From IMG/VR virus record IMGVR_UViG_3300017917_001996, positions 62,001 through 126,000 of that record: a stretch of 64,000 bases of DNA, one strand, 5' to 3'. The notes under the pieces were generated by a model that was not told where the DNA came from, made no database searches, and was given only the letters and a program-made list of their open reading frames with translations. The position numbers were made by a program, and so were the translations under genes. How positions within the stretch are numbered: the stretch's first letter is position 1; every line of letters starts with the position of its first letter. Positions 7,491-15,697 of the stretch are shown here, piece by piece.

Positions 7491-8483
7491 ATGACTACAT
7501 ATCTACTCATTGACCTTACAAATACATACTTTCGTGCTAGACATGCTGCACACCGCGCCAGCACTAGCGAAGAAAAGGTTGCGTTTGCTATTCACGTTAC
7601 TCTAGCCAGCATTAATAAATGTTGGCGCGATCAACGTGCTGATCATGTAATCTTCTGCCTAGAAGGTCGTAGCTGGCGTAAGGACTTTTATAAGCCTTAC
7701 AAAGCAAATCGCAGTGAAGCCCGAGCTGCTCTCACCGAGTCGGAACAAATCGAAGATAAATTGTTCTGGGAAGGCCTCGATGACCTCAAAGCGTTCCTTA
7801 ACGAAAAAACAAACTGCACAGTACTTCGGCACGCCGAGCTTGAAGCAGACGATCTTATTGCTGGGTGGATTCAAAGTCATCCCAACGACCAACACATTAT
7901 CATCAGCAGTGACAGCGACTTCCACCAACTGTTGGCCGCTAATGTAAGACAATATAACGGTGTAGCAGACGAACTGCACACACTAGAAGGCATCCTCGAC
8001 AAAAAAGGCCGGCCTGTTATTGATAAGAAAACCAAAGAGCCCAAGAAGATTCCTAACCCTGAATGGATCTTGTTTGAGAAATGTATGCGTGGCGATGCCA
8101 GCGACAATGTGTTTAGTGCATATCCAGGTGTGCGTACCAAAGGCACTAAAAACAAAGTTGGTCTTGAAGAAGCATTTGCTGATCGTGCCCGTCGTGGCTT
8201 CGCTTGGAACAATCTCATGCTACAGCGTTGGACCGATCACGACGGTAAAGAACATCGTGTACTCGATGACTACGAGCGCAATCGTATCCTTGTTGACCTC
8301 AGCGCACAGCCCGATGACATCAAGATTAAAATTGCAGAAACTATTTCCGAAAACAGTGTAACCAAGAACAAGCCAATGATTGGCGCACAGTTTCTAAAGT
8401 TCTGCGGTCGGCATGATTTAAACAAACTCAGCGAACAATCGCAAAACTTTGCTGAAATCTTTTCCGCAAGCTATAAGGCTTAA
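7491..8483 (+). CDS. rnh: T4 RNase H-like 5'-3' exonuclease (FEN/PIN family)
   Basis: LLID..N, EG.SWRK..Y..YKANR, EADDLIA, ISSDSDF.QL, GD.SDN acidic motifs. Confidence 0.9.
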   Translation: MTTYLLIDLTNTYFRARHAAHRASTSEEKVAFAIHVTLASINKCWRDQRADHVIFCLEGRSWRKDFYKPYKANRSEARAALTESEQIEDKLFWEGLDDLKAFLNEKTNCTVLRHAELEADDLIAGWIQSHPNDQHIIISSDSDFHQLLAANVRQYNGVADELHTLEGILDKKGRPVIDKKTKEPKKIPNPEWILFEKCMRGDASDNVFSAYPGVRTKGTKNKVGLEEAFADRARRGFAWNNLMLQRWTDHDGKEHRVLDDYERNRILVDLSAQPDDIKIKIAETISENSVTKNKPMIGAQFLKFCGRHDLNKLSEQSQNFAEIFSASYKA

Positions 8484-8484
8484 T

Positions 8485-8715
8485 ATGGGATTTACAACAA
8501 TAGAGAACCCTGTCCGTGCATTAAAACCAGGTGACCCTGAATTTACTATCAGCAACGGAATTGTGGTTACACCTCGTGCAGGTTTCCAGGTTAACTCACA
8601 GTGCCCAAAAGAATACATGTCTATTCTTGCCGAATGTTTTAACAATGAATGGGTTATACCAGTAGCATACGTAACAGAAAAAGAATATCTATGGATGAAC
8701 TTAGGATCAAAATGA
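8485..8715 (+). CDS. Hypothetical protein
   Basis: ATG 2 nt after the rnh stop; ends in an ATGA overlap with the next gene. Confidence 0.65.
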   Translation: MGFTTIENPVRALKPGDPEFTISNGIVVTPRAGFQVNSQCPKEYMSILAECFNNEWVIPVAYVTEKEYLWMNLGSK

Positions 8716-9158
8716 CACAGCAAGCTCGCCCTGTTGTTAAAAATAAATTTTGGATAGTCGAAGAAGACGGTCGTAAGGTTGGCACTATTCAAGCGGTGCC
8801 CGACGGCGTTGTATATGTACACGGGCAAACTAGAGAAAAGTTTTCCACGTTTAAACTGTTAAGCAAAAAATATAATATTGCTCTGGGCAAGGCAGATCGT
8901 AAAACAAAGAACAGCGGAAATACTATTTACGACTATCCTTGCGAAGGTCCTGTCTATAATCCTATATACGATCTAAAACTTAAACTGCCACTGTATACTA
9001 AAGAAACTAAAAGTAAGAGCTATTATTGTGCTGGCTACTATCAAGTCAAGCTAGAAGATTCATCTTGGGTTACAATGTTTTGCCCTAAGAAAATTATTCT
9101 AACAAGACACGAATACCGAGGTCCTTTTAAGACAAAAGATTGTCAAAATTCGCATTAA
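8712..9158 (+). CDS. Hypothetical phage protein
   Basis: ATGA overlap start; P...NKFWIVE and SKS.YCAGYY motifs. Confidence 0.7.
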   Translation: MTQQARPVVKNKFWIVEEDGRKVGTIQAVPDGVVYVHGQTREKFSTFKLLSKKYNIALGKADRKTKNSGNTIYDYPCEGPVYNPIYDLKLKLPLYTKETKSKSYYCAGYYQVKLEDSSWVTMFCPKKIILTRHEYRGPFKTKDCQNSH

Positions 9159-9202
9159 CTACGCATAAATAAAATACATGAACAAAGATCAAAGGACACG
9201 CC

Positions 9203-9496
9203 ATGAGCAGACCTAAGCCAGTGGTTATACTAGAAAATTTAAATAAGTCAAACTATAAGTGCGATCAAGTGTTAGCCAGCGAAGGTATCTGGGCTGTGTA
9301 TTATGATGGCAAACCTGTTAATTTAAAAACACAAAACATTCTGGTTAATTACCCTGGACCAAAATATCGTAAGGTTAGTTTCAGTAACCCCGGTCATGCA
9401 ATCAGTTTGGCCAAAAAACTGAACACACAGTTTAAAACAGACAAATTTACTGTTGTCTTACTCAATCAAGGATCAACTGTTTATCCGGGTGCATAA
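9203..9496 (+). CDS. Hypothetical phage protein
   Basis: Preceded by TAAATA (9166-9171) and AAGGA SD. Confidence 0.7.
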   Translation: MSRPKPVVILENLNKSNYKCDQVLASEGIWAVYYDGKPVNLKTQNILVNYPGPKYRKVSFSNPGHAISLAKKLNTQFKTDKFTVVLLNQGSTVYPGA

Positions 9497-9876
9497 TGAG
9501 CAAGGACAGTCCAATTGACCAGCTAGGTTGGACTCAAAAATTTATCGAATCTTCGGGCCGTACCGCTGACGGCCTTTTTGCTGAACGTCTACGTAAAAGC
9601 TGGTGGCATAATCCCCTTAACACTAGCAGTATGCGTCTAAGTAACCAAGGCGCAAATTATGCTACCATCCATGCAAAAATTCACTACTATTCGCATGATC
9701 TATCCTCGGTAATCATGCCTAAAACACTCCTACAGTTAGAAAAAATCCTAGAGTACCCCTACTACATATCACAAATTAAGAAGATAATTGTATTCGACGA
9801 GCGAACTAGCTTGACCCTTACTCTGTACGACAACGATCTCCAAAGTTTCTTGGACAATGTACAGAAGTTTAACTGA
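9496..9876 (+). CDS. Hypothetical protein
   Basis: TAATG overlap with the preceding gene. Confidence 0.7.
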   Translation: MSKDSPIDQLGWTQKFIESSGRTADGLFAERLRKSWWHNPLNTSSMRLSNQGANYATIHAKIHYYSHDLSSVIMPKTLLQLEKILEYPYYISQIKKIIVFDERTSLTLTLYDNDLQSFLDNVQKFN

Positions 9877-9949
9877 TTTGTAACAATCATCGTGGTAAAT
9901 ACTATTAGTAGAAACCATGAGTATCTACGTACATACAGAGGATCACACA

Positions 9950-10135
9950 ATGCTATTCGCACATATTGTTAATTTCATTTATAAACTATTCAGCAAGACT
10001 GAAAAAACATACGGCTCAGACTTAGAGCGCTACATTACTAGTAAAAACCCACAAAGCACATATGACGTTGAATATTGGGCTCGTCGCTTTGACGATGGTA
10101 TTACAAATAAACGCACTGCAGGGTGGCCACTATGA
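9950..10135 (+). CDS. Small protein, DUF3563-like
   Basis: ATG 9950 with AGAGGA SD; RYITS...YDVEYW resembles the AYL/DLE pattern of DUF3563. Confidence 0.45.
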   Translation: MLFAHIVNFIYKLFSKTEKTYGSDLERYITSKNPQSTYDVEYWARRFDDGITNKRTAGWPL

Positions 10136-10224
10136 TCAAAGAATTTTTAAAAGCTGTTTGGAATTTTCTAGTAGAATTAGGTAAGCATCGATATAAAAAA
10201 TCTTCAAGATACGGTTGGTATTAA
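10132..10224 (+). CDS. 30-aa peptide, not in ORF track
   Basis: MIKEFLKAVWNFLVELGKHRYKKSSRYGWY*; ATGA overlap upstream and stop abutting the GNAT ATG imply translational coupling. Confidence 0.55.
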   Translation: MIKEFLKAVWNFLVELGKHRYKKSSRYGWY

Positions 10225-10791
10225 ATGCATCCAATATTCAGACTACCAGACTCTGAATTCCATCGCTACAAAACACATTTACTAAGCCTCGACGACGAAA
10301 GCAAACTGCTTCGTTTTGGCTATCAAATTAAAACTGAAACAATTCTAGATCTGTCTAAGAGATGGGCACAGAGTCCTGACAAAAATATTATCTTTGGTAT
10401 TGAGAATGATGATCTTGAACTAGTTGGTGTTGGCCATATATGCTTAGATGGCGAAGAACCCGAACTGGCATTCAGTGTACTCAAAGAATATCAAAATCAA
10501 GGTATGGGTTCTGCTCTAATGTCTCGTTGCGTTGAGTGGTGCCGTAACAGAGACATTAAAACTGGCACCATGGTTTGTCTAAGTACCAATGTCGCAATCA
10601 AAAAACTAGCATCCAGACACGGAATATTAGTACGCGACGGTACAGAGACACAAGCAGAAATAAAGATACCAGATGCCAGCATGTCCAGCATCGTTGGAGA
10701 AATAGTCAACGACAATCTAGGCAAGCTATCGCACATTGGCAAAGCTCAAAGAAAATTTGCCGAAATAATGGGATTTCCTTTGCGTTTCTAA
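10225..10791 (+). CDS. GNAT family N-acetyltransferase
   Basis: HLLSLD...LRFG N-terminus; ELAFSVL..YQNQGMGSAL acetyl-CoA-binding motif A. Confidence 0.85.
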   Translation: MHPIFRLPDSEFHRYKTHLLSLDDESKLLRFGYQIKTETILDLSKRWAQSPDKNIIFGIENDDLELVGVGHICLDGEEPELAFSVLKEYQNQGMGSALMSRCVEWCRNRDIKTGTMVCLSTNVAIKKLASRHGILVRDGTETQAEIKIPDASMSSIVGEIVNDNLGKLSHIGKAQRKFAEIMGFPLRF

Positions 10792-10838
10792 GCAAAAGAG
10801 ATATATAATATAGTAACATACACACACAGGAGGATATT

Positions 10839-11048
10839 ATGTTCACACCAGAAACAATCATTGACACTATTCAGAGCTCTAAGCGTACCTTTACCAATAT
10901 GGTAATCAAGGACGAAACACTTAACAAAGTAGCTCACAACTATATCGATTCCCAAAGCCAATTTGCTAAAATGTTAGTGACTAACTTCACTACCATGACA
11001 AAGTACGGCATGGATCAACTTACCGAAAAACTCTTTTTCAAGAAGTAA
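10839..11048 (+). CDS. Phasin-like small helical protein
   Basis: ID..Q..K..F......L......ID.Q..FAK amphipathic pattern resembling betaproteobacterial phasins; strong SD. Confidence 0.5.
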   Translation: MFTPETIIDTIQSSKRTFTNMVIKDETLNKVAHNYIDSQSQFAKMLVTNFTTMTKYGMDQLTEKLFFKK

Positions 11049-11082
11049 TCTTTACACAATCACACACACAGGAAAAAACAAA

Positions 11083-11361
11083 ATGAACGACAAATTCACA
11101 GAAATGAAAACACCAGAAGTTAAATTCAATAAAAACGGTTACGAAATTCGCACAGACATTCTTGCTATGGCCAAGGATCTAGTTAGTCAAGATTTTGCTG
11201 TTAAATTCCAAGGTTGGGAATTAACCGCAGAGCGCGACGAGAAAACTGGACAAATTGTTAGCAAAGTTACAATGCCCGAGTTTCCGGGACTAGACAAGGT
11301 TCTAGAAACCGCAGAAAAAATGTATGCTTTTGTTAACTCAGGAGCAAGCACTAAAAAGTAA
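11083..11361 (+). CDS. Hypothetical phage protein
   Basis: KNGYEIRTDILAMAKD...VLETAEKMYAFV; followed by a terminator. Confidence 0.7.
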   Translation: MNDKFTEMKTPEVKFNKNGYEIRTDILAMAKDLVSQDFAVKFQGWELTAERDEKTGQIVSKVTMPEFPGLDKVLETAEKMYAFVNSGASTKK

Positions 11362-11383
11362 TACCCAAGTATTACATTTTTCA

Positions 11384-11405
11384 AAGGGCCTCAGGGCCCT
11401 TTTTT
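11384..11405 (+). terminator. Intrinsic terminator
   Basis: AAAGGGCC-TCAG-GGCCCTTT followed by a T run. Confidence 0.8.
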
Positions 11406-11433
11406 GTTGTGTAAATACAACAAAGAAAAACGG

Positions 11434-11462
11434 TTGACCTGGGGTGTCCGTTTTGCTATAAT
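11434..11462 (+). promoter_or_regulatory. Sigma70-type early promoter
   Basis: TTGACC-N17-TATAAT with TG extension; -35 bracketed by AAAACGG/CCGTTTT. Confidence 0.85.
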
Positions 11463-11494
11463 ACATACATAGCGTAAACAAACAGGAGAACGCA

Positions 11495-11701
11495 ATGGGT
11501 TTCGAAGCTGTGGTTCTGGACAAGGTTGCAAAGATCGTCAAAGCAGATAATCGTGCAGAATTTTTCTGCGGTTCGCTGTGCGTGATTTGCAATAGTGCTG
11601 ATGCCAAGAAAATCCTGCGTAAACTGAGCAAGGACTACAACAATAAAGTCCAGATGAGCCCTGACGGATCCTACGGTTATATCTTTGATTTTGTTGCATA
11701 A
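11495..11701 (+). CDS. Hypothetical early protein
   Basis: AGGAG SD directly after the promoter. Confidence 0.7.
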   Translation: MGFEAVVLDKVAKIVKADNRAEFFCGSLCVICNSADAKKILRKLSKDYNNKVQMSPDGSYGYIFDFVA

Positions 11702-11709
11702 GGAAAAAC

Positions 11710-11955
11710 ATGCTTACTCCAGAAAAACTTAATACTTTAGTTACACTAAAGCCACAAGATATTACTTCTTTGTTAAAAGAAAATCGTTATCCGCATCAGG
11801 ATTTTGCTTCAGCAAAATTCCTAGGTGTTACCAACGGCTGGCAATTTTGCTATAGCGTGGTTACCAACGACAAAGACAAAAACGTAGGTAAGGTATTCCT
11901 TACTTACAACCATGTCAACGGCGGCATTGTTGCAGAGTATCAAAAAAACGGTTGA
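11710..11955 (+). CDS. Hypothetical early protein
   Basis: AAGGA SD; operon packing. Confidence 0.65.
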   Translation: MLTPEKLNTLVTLKPQDITSLLKENRYPHQDFASAKFLGVTNGWQFCYSVVTNDKDKNVGKVFLTYNHVNGGIVAEYQKNG

Positions 11956-11981
11956 CCGTGTAACCGTTTTTCGGTTATAAT
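11952..11981 (+). promoter_or_regulatory. Sigma70-type early promoter
   Basis: TTGACC-N18-TATAAT; perfect 10-bp inverted repeat AAAAACGGTT/AACCGTTTTT; leader similar to that of the 11434 promoter. Confidence 0.8.
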
Positions 11982-12012
11982 ATACACATAGCGCAACAAA
12001 ACAGGAGCTAAC

Positions 12013-12255
12013 ATGAAGGTGTATCGTTTCAAGCAAACCTCGAAGTTTCGTGTAATCGTTGGTTCTGCATGTTTCTATGCCACTGCCCGACAGATTCGGT
12101 CTGGTGTAGGTGACCTTACTCAATGCAATGCCGCTACCCAAAAGGCCTTGGATGCTCTGGAATACACTCGTTCAGGCGAAGGTGTTGCTGACCAGTGTGC
12201 CGTGGGTATTGCTGGTACTTGGGAAGGTTTGCAAGTTCAACTCAACGTGGCTTAA
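12013..12255 (+). CDS. Hypothetical early protein
   Basis: AGGAG SD after the promoter. Confidence 0.7.
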   Translation: MKVYRFKQTSKFRVIVGSACFYATARQIRSGVGDLTQCNAATQKALDALEYTRSGEGVADQCAVGIAGTWEGLQVQLNVA

Positions 12256-12269
12256 TTAAGGAGACCGAA

Positions 12270-12545
12270 ATGGCTACTATTCAAGAAGTCAACTCTGCCA
12301 TCATGTTTGGTGATTTTAATAACGACCAGCTGAACAGTATCATCAGTGCCATTAAGTATCGTCGAAGCCAAATGGCCAAACAGGCTAAACATACCTTCCG
12401 TGTCGGCTCTAAGGTTAAATTCTACTCCGACAAGCGAGGTCAAACCTATGTAGGCACCGTTGAAAAAATGGCAATCAAATTTGCTACCATCAACACCGGC
12501 ATGGGCCTCTGGAAGGTTCCTGCTAACATGCTGGAAGCCGCATAA
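12270..12545 (+). CDS. Hypothetical early protein
   Basis: AAGGAG SD before ATG 12270; SH3/KOW-like C-terminal strand pattern. Confidence 0.7.
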   Translation: MATIQEVNSAIMFGDFNNDQLNSIISAIKYRRSQMAKQAKHTFRVGSKVKFYSDKRGQTYVGTVEKMAIKFATINTGMGLWKVPANMLEAA

Positions 12546-12568
12546 AAACAACACCAGTAACCCTACAC

Positions 12569-12597
12569 TTGCAAGGGTTATTGGTTCTCTGTATAAT
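12569..12597 (+). promoter_or_regulatory. Sigma70-type early promoter
   Basis: TTGCAA-N17-TATAAT; -35 sits in the loop of a 12-bp inverted repeat 12553-12585. Confidence 0.8.
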
Positions 12598-12625
12598 ACA
12601 TTCACACACTAACTGAAAGGCAATC

Positions 12626-13729
12626 ATGGCTACAACCATTTCCGAAAATCGTACCGTAACTGCAACCGAAGCCCGGCGCAGTCTTATTCGTTGTTTCAAA
12701 CACCAGCGTCCAGTATTCCTGTGGGGCCCTCCTGGTATTGGCAAATCTGAATTGGTTGCTGGCATTGCCGAAGACCTTGGCGGGCACATGATCGACCTGC
12801 GTTTGGCACAAATGGATCCTACAGACATTCGTGGTATTCCGTTCTATAACAAAGACACTGGCAAAATGGATTGGGCTCCGCCAGTTGATTTGCCCGATGA
12901 AGAATTTGCAAGTCAGTACCCCGTTGTGGTTCTGTTCTTGGACGAAATGAACAGTGCGGCTCCTGCTGTTCAGGCTGTAGCATATCAGCTGATCCTGAAC
13001 CGCCGTGTTGGCAAGTATAAACTGCCTGACAACGTGGTTATGGTTGCCGCAGGTAACCGTGAAAGCGACAAAGGCGTTACTTATCGTATGCCTAGCCCGC
13101 TGGCAAACCGTTTCATTCACCTTGAAATGCGTGTTGACTTTGACTCTTGGCAGACTTGGGCTGTGAACAATCGTGTACACAAAGACGTTGTTGGTTATCT
13201 GAGCTTTGCCAAACAAGACCTGTTTGACTTTGATCCGCGTTCTAGCTCGCGTTCGTTTGCTACACCTCGTTCGTGGACCTTTGTCAGCGAACTGCTCGAC
13301 GACGATAGTGGTACTGACACTAACACCGTGGATTTGATTGCAGGTGCAGTTGGCGAAGGTCTTGCTGTTAAGTTTATGGCTCATCGCAAGGTTGCAGGTC
13401 AAATGCCTGAGCCTAGCGAAGTGCTCAAAGGTAAGGTCACTGAACTCAAGATCAAAGAAGTCAGTGCTATGTACTCCTTGACCATTAGCCTGTGCTACGA
13501 ACTCAAGGAAGCCTACGACAAAGCCGAAGGTAAGATGGACGACTGGAACAAGATGGCTGACAACTTCTTCCGTTTCATCATGGATAACTTTACCACTGAA
13601 CTGGTAGTTATGGCAAGTCGTATTGCAATTACCACTTACGGCATTCCGTTTGTGCCAGGCAAGCTCAAGACGTTTGATGAGTTCCACAAACGATTTGGCA
13701 AGTACGTGGTTGCGGCTGTGTCCAAATAA
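12626..13729 (+). CDS. MoxR-like AAA+ ATPase
   Basis: Walker A GPPGIGKS, Walker B LFLDEMN, VAAGNR, PLANRF, TPRSW. Confidence 0.9.
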   Translation: MATTISENRTVTATEARRSLIRCFKHQRPVFLWGPPGIGKSELVAGIAEDLGGHMIDLRLAQMDPTDIRGIPFYNKDTGKMDWAPPVDLPDEEFASQYPVVVLFLDEMNSAAPAVQAVAYQLILNRRVGKYKLPDNVVMVAAGNRESDKGVTYRMPSPLANRFIHLEMRVDFDSWQTWAVNNRVHKDVVGYLSFAKQDLFDFDPRSSSRSFATPRSWTFVSELLDDDSGTDTNTVDLIAGAVGEGLAVKFMAHRKVAGQMPEPSEVLKGKVTELKIKEVSAMYSLTISLCYELKEAYDKAEGKMDDWNKMADNFFRFIMDNFTTELVVMASRIAITTYGIPFVPGKLKTFDEFHKRFGKYVVAAVSK

Positions 13730-13730
13730 C

Positions 13731-13778
13731 AACAAGAGGCTTCGGCCTCTTGTTCGTTTAGCCCAAATGTCTTATAAT
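13731..13778 (+). promoter_or_regulatory. UUCG hairpin overlapping a sigma70-type promoter
   Basis: AACAAGAGGC-TTCG-GCCTCTTGTT perfect stem; TTGTTC(13750)-N17-TATAAT(13773). Confidence 0.7.
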
Positions 13779-13803
13779 AACTACAAACACACAGAAAGCC
13801 ATT

Positions 13804-15063
13804 ATGACTGATACTACTCTTTCTTCTAAAGAAAAATCCAAGACAGTTACCGACCCTCGCGTTGACAATGCGGCTCGTGAGAAACTAATCACTGCCCGCG
13901 TTGGCTTGCTGATCCGTGCAGGCTTCTTTGGTAACTTGGCTACTCGTCTCAAGTTGATTAACGCAGACGAGTGGTGCCCTACTGCGGCCACAGACGGCCG
14001 CACCTTTTGGTACAATAGCCAATTCATTAACCGTATGAGCCTTAAGGAATGTGAATTCCTGTTTGGCCACGAAGTGTTGCACGTTGTTTACGACCACCTA
14101 GGTCGTCGCGGCGATCGTGATCCTGTACTCAGTAACATTGCCGCAGACTATTGTGTAAACAGTGATCTCATTGACCATAACATTGGCCAAAAGATTACCA
14201 CTGTGCCCATTTTGTATGATCGTAAATATCGTGGCTGGAGCTACGAAGAAGTCTACGACGACTTGTACAAAAACGCCAAGAAAATCAACATGCAGGAACT
14301 TGTCAAACAACTGTTGGACGAGCACTTGGAAGGTGAAGGCGAGGGCGAAGGTGACGGTGAGGAAGTAGACGGTAGCGGCAAGGGTCGTCCGCGTCTAAGC
14401 AAGGAAGACCAAAAGGCACTACGCGACGAGATCAAGGATGCTATCCTGCAGGCTGCACAGGCGTGTGGTACAGGCGACTTACCTGCAGGCGTTCAGCGCA
14501 TGATCAAGGACCTTACCGAAAGTGTCATTGATTGGCGTGAACTGCTATTGCAACAAATCCAGAGCACCATTAAGAACGACTTTAGTTGGAACCGTCCTAA
14601 CCGTCGTGCTTGGCACATGGATGCAGTACTGCCTGGTATGAAGCCCGGCGAGACTGTGGACTTGTGCATTGCCATTGACACTTCGGGCAGTATCGGTAAC
14701 GAAGAACTCAAGATCTTCTTGAGCGAGATCAAGGGCATCATGGATAGCTACGATGACTACAAGATTCAAGTGTGGAGTTTTGACACTGATGTCTACAACC
14801 TGCAGGAATTTACTCAAGACAACATGAAAGACATTCTTGAGTACGAACCCAAGGGCGGTGGTGGCACAGACTTCATGGCTAACTGGGAATTCATGAAAAC
14901 AAACGGCATTGAACCCAAGAAGTTTGTTATGTTCACTGATGGTTATCCATTTGGTAGCTGGGGTGACGAAAACTACTGCGATACTGTGTTCATCATTAAA
15001 GGTAACCCCGGTGCCAAGCCTCCATTTGGTATTTGGGCACACTACGAGGATGCTAAAAAATGA
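13804..15063 (+). CDS. Putative metallopeptidase (HExxH) plus vWA domain protein (DUF2201-like)
   Basis: TAATDG, HEVLH, C-terminal MIDAS-type IDTSGS, GGGGTDF and FTDG motifs; usual partner of MoxR ATPases. Confidence 0.85.
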   Translation: MTDTTLSSKEKSKTVTDPRVDNAAREKLITARVGLLIRAGFFGNLATRLKLINADEWCPTAATDGRTFWYNSQFINRMSLKECEFLFGHEVLHVVYDHLGRRGDRDPVLSNIAADYCVNSDLIDHNIGQKITTVPILYDRKYRGWSYEEVYDDLYKNAKKINMQELVKQLLDEHLEGEGEGEGDGEEVDGSGKGRPRLSKEDQKALRDEIKDAILQAAQACGTGDLPAGVQRMIKDLTESVIDWRELLLQQIQSTIKNDFSWNRPNRRAWHMDAVLPGMKPGETVDLCIAIDTSGSIGNEELKIFLSEIKGIMDSYDDYKIQVWSFDTDVYNLQEFTQDNMKDILEYEPKGGGGTDFMANWEFMKTNGIEPKKFVMFTDGYPFGSWGDENYCDTVFIIKGNPGAKPPFGIWAHYEDAKK

Positions 15064-15134
15064 TTCACTATAGTGAATGGCCACACTACATTGTGTGGCG
15101 ACTTAAACAACTTTTTAAGCGAAAGAAATCATGA
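15060..15134 (+). CDS. 24-aa peptide, not in ORF track
   Basis: MIHYSEWPHYIVWRLKQLFKRKKS*; ATGA overlaps at both ends. Confidence 0.45.
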   Translation: MIHYSEWPHYIVWRLKQLFKRKKS

Positions 15135-15400
15135 AGATCGTTGATCCTGCTTCAATTAAAAAACTCAAGAATGCACGTGAGACTATTGCCGAGCTTCAAG
15201 CTCGCCTAGTACAGTGTGAAACATACCTAGATGATCTTGCCCGGTGTGCTGAGATTTGTATGATAACTAATCAGTTCCACTTGATGGGTTCATTTGTTGA
15301 AACTGCCAATGAGTATCTTAAGGATCGACTGGATCTAATTGAACTTAGCGAACGTGGCCCAGGTCTCGACAAGGAAAATATTACAATTGTCGAAAATTAA
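15131..15400 (+). CDS. Hypothetical protein
   Basis: Coiled-coil-like 89-aa ORF. Confidence 0.65.
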   Translation: MKIVDPASIKKLKNARETIAELQARLVQCETYLDDLARCAEICMITNQFHLMGSFVETANEYLKDRLDLIELSERGPGLDKENITIVEN

Positions 15401-15662
15401 ATTCGAACCCAATCCGCTCAATGTCCATAATCTTAGGATTATGGACTTTTGTCCACCTCATTTTTATGCTGTGGACTTTAACTTGAGCTGCCCATCTAAA
15501 CAGTTATCAGATTGGATTTATGTAAACCTTTCTGGGCGTTACTACATCGGTGAAGTAGCTGAAGGACGTAATTTACATCATAGAGCTGCCTTTGAGATTC
15601 ATAGCGAAGCTAGTTATTTTGCATTATCACTTCCTGATATTAATAAATTTTTGCCGAGATAA
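15387..15662 (+). CDS. Hypothetical phage protein
   Basis: In-frame TTG 15387 with AAGGA upstream; PNPLNVH...PPHF...FE..SEASYF.L motifs. Confidence 0.6.
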   Translation: MSKIKFEPNPLNVHNLRIMDFCPPHFYAVDFNLSCPSKQLSDWIYVNLSGRYYIGEVAEGRNLHHRAAFEIHSEASYFALSLPDINKFLPR

Positions 15663-15697
15663 ACTACAGCATTAAATATATCTAGAATGGAGATATA

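Noticed and set aside
12602-13735. 377-aa ORF antisense to the MoxR ATPase
   Set aside because: Mirrors the sense gene almost exactly, has no motifs, promoter or SD, and is explained by the strong codon bias of the sense gene.
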